Shown here: positions 1-7,982 of the stretch, piece after piece | Layout of the letters: the number at the start of each line of letters is the position of its first letter | Numbering within the stretch: position 1 is the first letter of the stretch | Source of the DNA: a virus | Lineage: Duplodnaviria; Heunggongvirae; Uroviricota; Caudoviricetes | IMG/VR virus record: IMGVR_UViG_2541047691_000012 | DNA length: 24,806 bases | Reading direction: 5' to 3' (one strand) | Notes under the pieces: generated by a model | The model's input: the letters and a program-made list of their open reading frames with translations, nothing else | What the model was told of the DNA's origin: nothing | The model's database searches: none | Translations under genes and position numbers: made by a program

Positions 1-1566
1 TCATGCTGCCCTTACGATGTAATTAAACGTAATATTACGAGGACGAATGGTTACATAATTAACCCCATCACCTCGTGAAGGCCCTGCAAATGAAAAACGG
101 GAAAAGCCTGGTTGGTTAGAAACAATTTGGTCATAGTTATTGATTGAATGACCAGACCCAATGTCGAAATTACCTCCGTAATGAGAAAAACTTGTACCAT
201 CCTGCCCTGAAAGCAGGGTACGTCCCGCATCAATCCCGCGCCCATCATCCCAGCCACGGATAAATTCACCGCGTAAATCCGGTAATTTATTGGTGGGATA
301 AGCCCTTGCCAGTCTGGGATACATTTCAGAAGAAAATGCTGCACCGTTACATTTCAGCCAGCCCGTTGGTGGTGTTGCTGAGGACCACGGAACGGGCACA
401 CCAACGGGCAGTGCAGAGCCTTCCCCCAAACCAAGGTAATCAAGAACTCCCTGAGTGCTGGTTTTACCAAGAATGGCACGTCCAACACTTGTCAACGCGG
501 TTAACGCGGCACGATCTGCCCCTGTAAAATATGGGAGTTTATCTGCTGATGTAGCAAGCTCTGCCAGCGCCGTCAGGGTGGCATCCTTCGGTTGCTTACC
601 CGCAAGCGCGTTAGTCATGGTGGTCGCAAAATTCGGGTCATTGCCCAGCGCCGCAGCCAGTTCGTTCAGCGTGTTCAGTGCATCAGGTGACGAATCTACA
701 AGTGCGGCAATCGCGGCCATAACGAAAGCCGTGCTTGCGATCTGGGTACTATTAGTCCCCTGTGGCGCTGTTGGTGTTGTTGGCGTTCCGGTCAGTGCCG
801 GGCTGTTTAATGGTGCTTTCTTGTTCGTTTCATCCATTACCGCCTTAACAGCTTTTGGTGTCGCTGCCAGCGTTTCAGACGTGCTGTTCGTGGCGCTACT
901 GAGCTGAACAATCCCTTTTTGTATAGTGGTGGCGTTCTGGGCGGTATATTTCCCGTTAGCCAGGTCATATGCAGCCTTAACCGCTTTCGGTGTTGCGGCC
1001 AGTGTTTCTGATTCACTGTTAATTGCACTGCTTAACTGAGTAAAACCTTTTGCGGTCAGCGAGGCGTCCGGGTGACGTCGTGACTGTTCGTGCTCTGAGA
1101 TTTTATCATCCACATATTTGCGGGTTGCCAGAACCACAGACGGGTCGATTTTCAGCGTGATGGCTTCGGTGTTCGTGACAACCAGAATCATGCGGATAGT
1201 CTGGGTGCGTCCACTGCCTTCCTGCAACTGCGGTTTGTACGTTTCCGGGCAGTTTGCCACCGCAATGAGTACACCTTCATCATCATAAAGACCAATCTCA
1301 CGGATCCAGAATCCTCCCTCGTTTTCAGGGATGATTTGCTCCGCAATAATCTGGCTCTGATTGTTAGGGTCAACACTCAGAAGATTCAGCGGTGCAATGC
1401 GTTTCTGGTTAATCAGTTTTGTTTGTGCAGGGTCTGGTGTTGGTAACACACCATTTGCATCACCAACGGCCATTTGCGTCAGATTCAGCTTACTGCCGAG
1501 CATCGTCGCGTTAGCCAGTCGTGCCGCGCCCTGATTAGTCAGAATGGCGTAGTATTTCACTGTCAT
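1..1566 (-). CDS. H: Tail fibre protein (P2 gpH-like); conserved N-terminal baseplate-attachment region, internal tandem repeat, C-terminal tail-collar-like domain
   Basis: 521 aa ORF, stop at 1-3 (tca on plus). The N-terminus (MTVKYYAILTNQGAARLA...MAVGD...GGFWIREIGLYDDEGVLIAVAN...HEQSRRHPDASLTAKGFTQLSS) closely resembles my recollection of P2 gpH. The C-terminus (GWLKCNGAAF...LPDLRGEFIRGWDDGRG) looks like a phage tail-collar domain. Synteny with baseplate genes immediately upstream. Confidence 0.85.
   Translation of the reverse strand: MTVKYYAILTNQGAARLANATMLGSKLNLTQMAVGDANGVLPTPDPAQTKLINQKRIAPLNLLSVDPNNQSQIIAEQIIPENEGGFWIREIGLYDDEGVLIAVANCPETYKPQLQEGSGRTQTIRMILVVTNTEAITLKIDPSVVLATRKYVDDKISEHEQSRRHPDASLTAKGFTQLSSAINSESETLAATPKAVKAAYDLANGKYTAQNATTIQKGIVQLSSATNSTSETLAATPKAVKAVMDETNKKAPLNSPALTGTPTTPTAPQGTNSTQIASTAFVMAAIAALVDSSPDALNTLNELAAALGNDPNFATTMTNALAGKQPKDATLTALAELATSADKLPYFTGADRAALTALTSVGRAILGKTSTQGVLDYLGLGEGSALPVGVPVPWSSATPPTGWLKCNGAAFSSEMYPRLARAYPTNKLPDLRGEFIRGWDDGRGIDAGRTLLSGQDGTSFSHYGGNFDIGSGHSINNYDQIVSNQPGFSRFSFAGPSRGDGVNYVTIRPRNITFNYIVRAA
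838..1044 (-). repeat. Internal tandem repeat inside the tail-fibre gene (two ~25 aa units QLSSA(I/T)NS(E/T)SETLAATPKAVKA)
   Basis: Protein residues ~177-199 and ~221-243 are near-identical; the matching nucleotide blocks at ~970-1044 and ~838-912 are visibly similar. Confidence 0.5.
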
Positions 1567-2204
1567 GCGTTTACTCTCAGATTATCAATTAAATGAATGG
1601 CCGGGGCAGGGAAATAATCCCCTTCGACAATAATGGACTCCGGGGTGTAGGGATAAACCGTCAGGGCATCGCCGTGATAGCATCCCGTACCAACGAAAAT
1701 CTTTCCGTTCACACTCAGGCTGATCGCCAGCCCCGTCAGATGGCGACTTACTGGTTTTGCATCCGCAATAAGGCGCTCAAGTTCCTGATACATTTCATCG
1801 GTGATGCCCTGATCAAGTACTCCGACAACAATGCGAAATGTTCCTGGCTCCTCGTTGAGCTGCCACCACTCCTTTACTTCAATCAGGTAGCCGAGAGGCT
1901 CCACGGCTCTTCGCAGTGCGCTGATGGTCCCTTTGTGTCGGTGTATCAGCCATGCATCACGAATTACCTGTCGCTTTGTCTCTTCCGGCCAGTTGCGATC
2001 CCAGCGGTCAACGGAAAATGCCCAGGCGAGATAAGGCAGCAGGTGCACCGGGCAGGTGTCCGGCGACCACAGCGTGTTGAGGTCTACCGGGATGTCTGTA
2101 ATGCGCGTTCCGACAGCTTCGGCACAACGCATGAAATTGCTGGCTGATGGCGGTAACAGTGAATTACTCATTACGCCCACCTTCGCTGATGGTGAATGAC
2201 TCAC
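1563..2204 (-). CDS. I: Baseplate assembly / tail protein I (P2 gpI-like)
   Basis: 213 aa ORF between J and H homologues, overlapping H by 4 nt (translational coupling). Position and size fit the gpI family. Confidence 0.75.
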   Translation of the reverse strand: MSHSPSAKVGVMSNSLLPPSASNFMRCAEAVGTRITDIPVDLNTLWSPDTCPVHLLPYLAWAFSVDRWDRNWPEETKRQVIRDAWLIHRHKGTISALRRAVEPLGYLIEVKEWWQLNEEPGTFRIVVGVLDQGITDEMYQELERLIADAKPVSRHLTGLAISLSVNGKIFVGTGCYHGDALTVYPYTPESIIVEGDYFPAPAIHLIDNLRVNA

Positions 2205-3060
2205 AGCGCGCCGCCTGTATGTCGCTGATGGACATATTCTGTGTGGGTTCGATTATCTCCACGCGTTGCACACCGTGCACATGCAGTGCGGCAGCAATGG
2301 CGGACAACGCCACGTCCTGACCGATAAGCCCCTGTTCAGCCAGCCACTTCCTGAATGACGATTCCGCCGCGGCCAGAATAGGTTCGGATTCCGGACCGGG
2401 GTAAAAGTACAGTTTTGCATTCAGCCGCCATGTCACGATGCTGGCGCTCTGTACGGTCAGGCGGTCGGCCACCGGGCGGGTATCCTCTGCATTCAGAACG
2501 GCGCGAACGGTATTAAGCAACGCCTCCGTTGCCGTGCCGTCGCCTTCAGTGGACAGGATGGAAACCGTCACATTTGCCGGAGACGGACTGATAGCCCGCG
2601 CATCACGCACCAGACCGCTGGCGCTGCGGGCAAAATACTCGTATGCACCTGACGGGCCAGCAACACTCAGGCCGTCGTACGCCCGCTGCGCCCGCAGTCT
2701 CAGCGAGGTGTCGCTCTCCATCACCGCGTCGGTGGTATCCGTTGCCGGAGTGATAACCAGGCGCTTTGTGTTCATATTGCCCGCGAGGTTGTCCAGGTTT
2801 GTCCCTGAACCGTGGCTTAACATGCAGGCGCGTGCGCCCTCGTTAACCCGCTGGCGTAACAGCATTTCACGAAACGACATGGTTTGAGCGATAACGTTCA
2901 GGGGTTCTGATTCCAGCTCCAGCGCGGCGGAGACGGCTTCACGCTGTTCGGCAGGATAGGACGCAATCATCATGGCCTTTGTGTCAGCCAGAATTGCCTC
3001 AAAATCAGGCTCCGCGATGATGGCGGGTTCCGGTAACTGGGAAAGGTCAACAGCAGGCAT
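2164..3060 (-). CDS. J: Baseplate protein J (P2 gpJ-like)
   Basis: 298 aa (P2 gpJ is ~300 aa). Located between W and I homologues; its 3' end overlaps I. Confidence 0.8.
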   Translation of the reverse strand: MPAVDLSQLPEPAIIAEPDFEAILADTKAMMIASYPAEQREAVSAALELESEPLNVIAQTMSFREMLLRQRVNEGARACMLSHGSGTNLDNLAGNMNTKRLVITPATDTTDAVMESDTSLRLRAQRAYDGLSVAGPSGAYEYFARSASGLVRDARAISPSPANVTVSILSTEGDGTATEALLNTVRAVLNAEDTRPVADRLTVQSASIVTWRLNAKLYFYPGPESEPILAAAESSFRKWLAEQGLIGQDVALSAIAAALHVHGVQRVEIIEPTQNMSISDIQAARCESFTISEGGRNE

Positions 3061-3063
3061 GAT

Positions 3064-3414
3064 TTACTCTCTCAGCGTGATGGTTAATTCAACATTCTGC
3101 ATGGTCTGCATAACAGTGCCCGACAGCGTCACCCCGGCGCGGCCTCCTGCCTTCCAGACAACGTCGATAGCGTCCAGGGCAATGCGGGGTTCCCATCGTG
3201 TCAGCGCAATCACGGCAGCACTCATGCATTGCAGACGCGTGGTGTTATTCATGGGTTCGTCAATCAAATCAGGCACAAGGCTGCCATATTCCCGTCGCAT
3301 AACCCGGCTTGCCAGCGGGGTGGTCAGGATGTCCCTGACTGACTGTTTCAGGTGCTCCATATCGTTCAGGTTTCCCGTCCCGTCCGGATTCATTCCTGTG
3401 TAGCGGGTTGTCAC
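3064..3414 (-). CDS. W: Baseplate protein W (gpW/gp25-like)
   Basis: 116 aa (P2 gpW is ~115 aa). Directly downstream of the V homologue with a 4 nt overlap. Confidence 0.8.
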   Translation of the reverse strand: MTTRYTGMNPDGTGNLNDMEHLKQSVRDILTTPLASRVMRREYGSLVPDLIDEPMNNTTRLQCMSAAVIALTRWEPRIALDAIDVVWKAGGRAGVTLSGTVMQTMQNVELTITLRE

Positions 3415-3992
3415 TGCGGGCCTCCTGTCGAATCGCTGCCGCCTTTCACGCCACCGTGTTTATGCGTATGCACTGTGATGCCGTTTGAGGTGAAGTTGCC
3501 GCCGCTGTGCGTGATATTGCCGCTCATCTTTCCTCCTTTTGTGACGTCAAGCGTCGCCGTTCTCAGAAGGTTTGTGCATTCCACGACGGGCGTATCCAGT
3601 TTCACGCTGACGGATGCCTGTAAAGTGGCCGTTTTAATGCCGCTGGCGCTCAGTGCGCCTGCGTCCGCGTCGTAGCGGAACACCGCGCCGTCCGGCGCGC
3701 TGATCACGATTTCTTTCAGGCTTTTGCCGGGGGCCGGATTGGCATCACTCCACAGGCTGCCAATTATCATGGCGGTTTCCGGGTTGCCGCCAATGCAGGC
3801 AATTACCACCTGTTCGCCCACTGATGGCGGCAGCCACACATTGAAGGCTCCCGCGCGCGTGGTGTTCCAGCGCAACCAGCCTGTTTCCAGTTCGCCGCTG
3901 CGAACGCGCACGCGCCAGGACTTCTCATCAACTTCAGAGATGATCCCGGTGCGGATGATATTGCTCAGCAGTCGCATGAGTTCTGCGCTCAC
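3411..3992 (-). CDS. V: Baseplate spike / assembly protein V (P2 gpV-like)
   Basis: 193 aa with a Gly-rich C-terminal tail (HTHKHGGVKGGSDSTGGPQ). Position V-W-J-I-H is conserved. Confidence 0.8.
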   Translation of the reverse strand: MSAELMRLLSNIIRTGIISEVDEKSWRVRVRSGELETGWLRWNTTRAGAFNVWLPPSVGEQVVIACIGGNPETAMIIGSLWSDANPAPGKSLKEIVISAPDGAVFRYDADAGALSASGIKTATLQASVSVKLDTPVVECTNLLRTATLDVTKGGKMSGNITHSGGNFTSNGITVHTHKHGGVKGGSDSTGGPQ

Positions 3993-4633
3993 CGTACAGC
4001 CTCCGCAATCCGGCCCAGCACCGTGTTATAAATCAGGCGCTCATCTGCCTGGCTGATACCCAGCAGCTCACGTACCGGGTAATCGGTGAAAATGCCCGGC
4101 GCAACCTGATCGCGCTCACCGAACTGATGAACGCGGGCAATACGTGCGGCCACGCCGCTGTAACCCACCGTCACACCGGAAGCATCTGCACGGGCTTTCA
4201 GGTAGCGGGCGGTGCGCAGTTTTACGAACATGGGGACGCGCTTTGTGCTGTCCTGGTTGATGCGCCGGGTGCGTATTTCCAGAAAACGGTCGATGTCATC
4301 CCGGTAAAACGTGCGGATATTGTTTTTATCCTCATCCCACCCGGTAATGGTTCGCCCGTATTTCCCCGTGTCGTGATGCCAGTTTTTCAGCGTGCGTGCT
4401 TCGTTATTCCAGATAAAGCGAATGCGTTCCTGTATCCGGGTTACGCGGCGTCTGCGTGGTGTCCACGCGGTCCCGTCCGGCGCTTTCTGTGACCGGATAC
4501 GCGCCTGCTGGGCGCGGCGTAAATCCTGTGCCAGCTTTCTGGCGATGTTATTGATGGCCTGCTGATTCAGGCTGTCGCGGATGGCCTCAAAGGTTTCATC
4601 CACGCGGGTGAATGCCTTATCCATCGCTTTCAC
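3989..4633 (-). CDS. S: Virion morphogenesis / tail completion protein (gpS-like), enlarged
   Basis: 214 aa ORF between the R and V homologues, overlapping both. Assigned by position only; it is larger than the ~150 aa P2 gpS. Confidence 0.55.
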   Translation of the reverse strand: MKAMDKAFTRVDETFEAIRDSLNQQAINNIARKLAQDLRRAQQARIRSQKAPDGTAWTPRRRRVTRIQERIRFIWNNEARTLKNWHHDTGKYGRTITGWDEDKNNIRTFYRDDIDRFLEIRTRRINQDSTKRVPMFVKLRTARYLKARADASGVTVGYSGVAARIARVHQFGERDQVAPGIFTDYPVRELLGISQADERLIYNTVLGRIAEAVR

Positions 4634-5084
4634 CCCACGTCACATCCTGGAATACATGCGACCAGTCGCCTTCGGAAGATGGCAGGCGGGGTTTTGGCTC
4701 CGGCAGGTGTTCTGCCTGCGGCGTGCCCTGACTGCTGCGCGTGATGCGAACGCGTTCCCGCAGGGGGAGCGTAAACAGGAGATCGGCGCTGTCATCGTCA
4801 TTGATAACGGCGGAGAATTTGATGTCCTGATTACGCTCCGGATTGAGCAACAACTGTGGCTGATTTTCTGATAACCACGCCAGTAGCGGCAGCGTGAGGT
4901 CGTCCAGCTCCCCGGCGTAATCCATGACAAACATCACCATCTGATAGCGGTAAACAAACGAGGGCGTTTCTCCGGTTGTTTCAATGTTGCCGCTCTCCAC
5001 GAAAATGGTGAATTTTTCCGGGTTGGCCTGACACCATCGGCATGAACGGGTCATGGCTTCACGCAGGGAATCAATTTTCAGCAT
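4617..5084 (-). CDS. R: Tail completion protein R (P2 gpR-like)
   Basis: 155 aa. N-terminus MLKIDSLREAMT...ANPEKFTIFVESGNIE...LPLLAWLSENQP resembles my recollection of P2 gpR (MLKPDSLRRALTDAV...LRIFVDNGSI...VPVLAWLRENQP). Confidence 0.75.
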   Translation of the reverse strand: MLKIDSLREAMTRSCRWCQANPEKFTIFVESGNIETTGETPSFVYRYQMVMFVMDYAGELDDLTLPLLAWLSENQPQLLLNPERNQDIKFSAVINDDDSADLLFTLPLRERVRITRSSQGTPQAEHLPEPKPRLPSSEGDWSHVFQDVTWGESDG

Positions 5085-5361
5085 GGTTGTTGTCCTCGTT
5101 GTTCAGTCGTTGCAGCCTGCGCTGTTCCAGTAATTCAATGGCCCGTTTATCCGCGTTACAGGTTTCCAGTGCATCCAGAAGGCGGTCGCCCCATATACCG
5201 AGATTTCCCCATGTGGGAGTATCAGGGAAGGGGGGAGGCGTTACCGGTATGGTCAGCGTCTGCGGTATAAGCCGGACTGACGGCGCTGGCAGTGGCGCGT
5301 TCTGCGTGCCTGCGCAGCCTGTCAGTAAAACGAGCGTCAGGCAAAGCGTGGGCGCATTCAT
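5071..5361 (-). CDS. Outer-membrane spanin lipoprotein (Rz1/LysC-like), out of frame with and extending past the i-spanin gene
   Basis: Signal peptide plus lipobox (MNAPTLCLTLVLLTGCAG) followed by a Pro-rich region. ATG at 5361 chosen over the GTG at 5391. Starts inside the Rz-like gene and runs into R, as P2 lysC does. Confidence 0.6.
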   Translation of the reverse strand: MNAPTLCLTLVLLTGCAGTQNAPLPAPSVRLIPQTLTIPVTPPPFPDTPTWGNLGIWGDRLLDALETCNADKRAIELLEQRRLQRLNNEDNNHAEN

Positions 5362-5629
5362 CTTTTGCAATATCGTTGCGTAGCTGTTCACGTCTTACCT
5401 CTCCGTCCTGATTGCGTTGCTGATTTTCCACGCGGAGTTGCGCCAGCACCTGCTGCATATCCTGTACCCCGGCGCTGATGATATTCAGGGTGTCGGCGGT
5501 ACTTTTCAGGGTGCTGGCCTGCGCTTCGTTTCTGGCGTTCTCCCGGCCCAGCGACCACGACAGACGCATGGATGTTCCCCATCCGGCAATCAGAAGGAAA
5601 GCGACGCCAAGCGTGGGCCAGAGCTTCAT
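5222..5629 (-). CDS. Inner-membrane spanin (Rz/LysB-like)
   Basis: N-terminal TM helix (MKLWPTLGVAFLLIAGWG) then a charged, coiled-coil-like periplasmic region. The ATG at 5629 overlaps the endolysin stop (ATGA). The longer track ORF (to 5773) would overlap the endolysin out of frame. Confidence 0.6.
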   Translation of the reverse strand: MKLWPTLGVAFLLIAGWGTSMRLSWSLGRENARNEAQASTLKSTADTLNIISAGVQDMQQVLAQLRVENQQRNQDGEVRREQLRNDIAKDECAHALPDARFTDRLRRHAERATASAVSPAYTADADHTGNASPLP

Positions 5630-6018
5630 GCCGGATAGGCTCCGTGTGGTAACTGAAAATGCGGTCCGTCTTTCAGAGTCTTCCAGTCGCCGCCCCATTC
5701 CACCGGAATATTCAGTTCCCGGCTGGCCTGTCTGAATGCTGCTGCGATTTTTTCGTACAGCGGCCATTCCCATGACACCTGGCTGCCGATATAAGCCACA
5801 ACATCCACGGCATGCCCCGTAAGGTGGCGGCTGTTCATGGTCTGGCTCTTACCCGTGGCCACCAGTTGCTTCTGGCGGTAACGGCTGCGCAACCCTTCGG
5901 TGATACCAAAATCCACTTCCGAGATTTCCAGTGCCCGTCGGGTCACTTTCACCAGATCAGGATTTACGCCCTGCAAATTCTTTTCGCTCCGGCTGCTGAA
6001 TTTAAATGTGTTGCTCAT
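5626..6018 (-). CDS. Endolysin, peptidase M15-type (zinc D-Ala-D-Ala / L-Ala-D-Glu peptidase fold)
   Basis: 130 aa with SRHLTGHAVDV, an H-x6-D zinc-binding motif typical of M15 peptidases. Strong SD (AAGGAG) upstream of the ATG. Sits between holin and spanins. Confidence 0.75.
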   Translation of the reverse strand: MSNTFKFSSRSEKNLQGVNPDLVKVTRRALEISEVDFGITEGLRSRYRQKQLVATGKSQTMNSRHLTGHAVDVVAYIGSQVSWEWPLYEKIAAAFRQASRELNIPVEWGGDWKTLKDGPHFQLPHGAYPA

Positions 6019-6353
6019 TCGTCCTTCTCCTTCACCCTGCGATTAAAGGCCGCAATAACCTTGTCGCGTGCTTTCTCTGCACCCATAAAACCGATTGATG
6101 CGCCGATAAACGTCACGGCATCTTCAGGAAACCCGAAGAAGCGCAACGACCCGGCCACGGCCATGGCAAGAACGCCGCACGCCAGCGATCCCGTTACGGT
6201 CTGAACCAGTGTTCGTCCGTCATAAAGACTCATCAGCGCGGAAATGCTGACCGCCGCGCCTACTGCATACACCGTTGGCAGGTGGTCAAAGAGCCACGCA
6301 ATAACCTGCTCTGTGATCCCTGTTTGAATGGTGCTCACTGCTACTCCCCCCAC
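6015..6353 (-). CDS. Holin (predicted multi-TM small membrane protein)
   Basis: 112 aa with 2-3 hydrophobic helices and a charged C-terminus (RRVKEKDE). Immediately upstream of the endolysin with ATGA overlap. Start is probably the GTG at 6353, so the start is uncertain. Confidence 0.55.
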   Translation of the reverse strand: MGGVAVSTIQTGITEQVIAWLFDHLPTVYAVGAAVSISALMSLYDGRTLVQTVTGSLACGVLAMAVAGSLRFFGFPEDAVTFIGASIGFMGAEKARDKVIAAFNRRVKEKDE

Positions 6354-6541
6354 AACTGAATCATTTCTCGTTTCTTCTTCTCCGGCTCCGGCATCTCAAC
6401 TTCCTGCCCGGCGTCCAGAAATACCTGCTGACAGAGTCCGGGGTTGGCATCCAGCACCTTTTCGGTGACGCCCTGCGTCGTGCCGTAGTACCGGAAACAG
6501 AGCGAATCCACGGTGTCGCCTTCCAGTGCCTTCACTTTCAT
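6341..6541 (-). CDS. X: Tail protein X (P2 gpX-like, LysM-like)
   Basis: 66 aa from the internal ATG: MKVKALEGDTVDSLCFRYYGTTQGVTEKVLDANPGL resembles P2 gpX (MKTFALQGDTLDAICVRYYGRTEGVVETVLAANPGL). The ATG overlaps the L stop (ATGA). Confidence 0.7.
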   Translation of the reverse strand: MKVKALEGDTVDSLCFRYYGTTQGVTEKVLDANPGLCQQVFLDAGQEVEMPEPEKKKREMIQLWGE

Positions 6542-7035
6542 CAGCACAACTCCGCAAAGATTCGCGGGCGGCACAGAATGTCAGAGATGGCCCAGCTCAC
6601 ATCGCGCCACAAATCCGATGTCTGTATATCCAGTGCGTCCGCCCGGCGGTCGCCCTTGTCCGTTGTGTCCGCATCGCGGTAACGCTCCAGAATCAGGGCG
6701 CGTGTGGCGGTATAAACGGCATTGCGCCAGTGCCAGAGATTGACGCTTTCTCCGTTAATTACGGGTGCCGGAACATCGGCCAGCGTCTGATGGCCAGCCG
6801 CCTGCTGTTCCTGCTGCCACGCTTCCAGCTCGCGGGTAACGTGTGCCACGGCCCCGGTGGCGGTATGCAGCAGGCGGGAGGTGGTCACACGGCCCGGCAG
6901 TCGTATCGCCAGACGCAGCTCACGCAGCACAATATCCGGCCAGAATGCGCCCGCTGAAATACGGGTATCACCATCATCGGTATCGGTGATGTCGTCCTCT
7001 GCGGGGCCGGGGTTGGTTCTGGCAACCATACTCAT
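6541..7035 (-). CDS. L: Head completion / stabilisation protein L (P2 gpL-like)
   Basis: ~165 aa with a C-terminus (...DELWRDVSWAISDILCRPRI) like P2 gpL. Start set at the ATG at 7035, which has an AGGAG SD 9 nt upstream, rather than the GTG at 7044. Confidence 0.8.
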   Translation of the reverse strand: MSMVARTNPGPAEDDITDTDDGDTRISAGAFWPDIVLRELRLAIRLPGRVTTSRLLHTATGAVAHVTRELEAWQQEQQAAGHQTLADVPAPVINGESVNLWHWRNAVYTATRALILERYRDADTTDKGDRRADALDIQTSDLWRDVSWAISDILCRPRIFAELC

Positions 7036-7049
7036 GGGGTTCACTCCTG

Positions 7050-7120
7050 AAAAAATCGGGCGGTGGGTGCGCGGTGTAAACGGTCACGGAGTCAAACCGG
7101 AACACCGCGCACGCCGCCCG
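7050..7120 (-). terminator. Intrinsic terminator/attenuator between M and L (interrupted GC-rich stem plus U-tract)
   Basis: Arms 7057-7077 (cgggcggtgggtgcgcggtgt) and 7102-7120 (acaccgcgcacgccgcccg) pair as 11 bp + 7 bp around a bulge, with a 24 nt loop. On the minus strand the stem is followed directly by AUUUUUUC, then the L SD and start. Confidence 0.5.
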
Positions 7121-7136
7121 CTGACGGGGTCAGTCG

Positions 7137-7937
7137 TTAACCGCGCTTCGCCTTCTGCGTCGCGGTGGTTTTTCGTGTTGCAGGCTTCCGCGTTGTCTTT
7201 TTACTTTTGCTGCTTTCGTCCTGCGCCTGCGGTGTGCTGGCATCTTCTGGTGCGGCTGCGGAATCGGCTTTTTTCAGGGCGCGGGAAAGGGTTGCAATCT
7301 CGCGTTTCACACCTGCGTTCGGGTTCAGGTGCATCGCTTCGCGCAGCAGCTTCAGTGATGAGGCCATGCTGTCCGCATCGGTCAGGCCACGACGGGCAAA
7401 GGCGCACGCCTTGCATAATTTGGCGCGCACTTCGTCCGGCATGTCCTGGTCGGTGACAATCTCCCGGAGGGTGTCCAGTGGTTCGATAAAGGCGGACAAA
7501 TCCGCGTCGGCATCCGTCCCGGCCTGCGTCAGTACCGGATTACAGATTTCTTCGGTCAGTACCGTGGCAGCAGTACGGCCAAAGTTATCCGGCATGATGA
7601 GGTTGTGACGGACCACATACGTACCAATACGCAGCGCCAGCGGAAGATCGCCGCAGTCAATTGCCCACACCATCAGCGTGGCAATCACTTCATCCTGCTG
7701 CCCGCCGTCAGCCTCCAGCGTTCCCTCAATCCAGCCGGAAAAGTCCGGCAACAACTCTTTTTTGATGGCGGCTTTCGCGCTTCTGGCCTGTACGCCCTTA
7801 AGCCGGGCCTGTGCCAGACGCAGACGATACAGCACCTCTTCATGCGCGGTACGCGCGGCGTGGTCCACGCCTTCATTCGCCCGGCCTGCGCGCTGTGCCA
7901 TCACGTTCTGCCAGTGTTGCTGTGCAGGAGTAATCAT
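7137..7937 (-). CDS. M: Terminase small (endonuclease) subunit M (P2 gpM-like)
   Basis: 266 aa with a basic Lys/Thr-rich C-terminus. Positioned N-M-L as in P2. SD GGAGAG 6 nt upstream of the ATG. Confidence 0.8.
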   Translation of the reverse strand: MITPAQQHWQNVMAQRAGRANEGVDHAARTAHEEVLYRLRLAQARLKGVQARSAKAAIKKELLPDFSGWIEGTLEADGGQQDEVIATLMVWAIDCGDLPLALRIGTYVVRHNLIMPDNFGRTAATVLTEEICNPVLTQAGTDADADLSAFIEPLDTLREIVTDQDMPDEVRAKLCKACAFARRGLTDADSMASSLKLLREAMHLNPNAGVKREIATLSRALKKADSAAAPEDASTPQAQDESSKSKKTTRKPATRKTTATQKAKRG

Positions 7938-7954
7938 TTTTTCTCTCCGTTACA

Positions 7955-7973
7955 GGCGGGCATGATGCCCGCC
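7955..7973 (-). other. Intercistronic stem-loop between capsid gene N and M (no U-tract)
   Basis: ggcggg-catgatg-cccgcc is a near-perfect palindrome, 10 nt downstream of the N stop and immediately before the M SD. Confidence 0.35.
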
Positions 7974-7982
7974 GTGAGTTGA

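Noticed and set aside
455-907. 150 aa plus-strand ORF inside the tail-fibre gene
   Set aside because: Ala/Ser/Val-rich antisense translation of the gpH repeat region; shadow ORF.
5630-5773. N-terminal 48 aa extension of the Rz-like ORF
   Set aside because: Overlaps the endolysin out of frame. The ATG at 5629 gives a canonical N-terminal TM spanin start and an ATGA junction with the endolysin stop.
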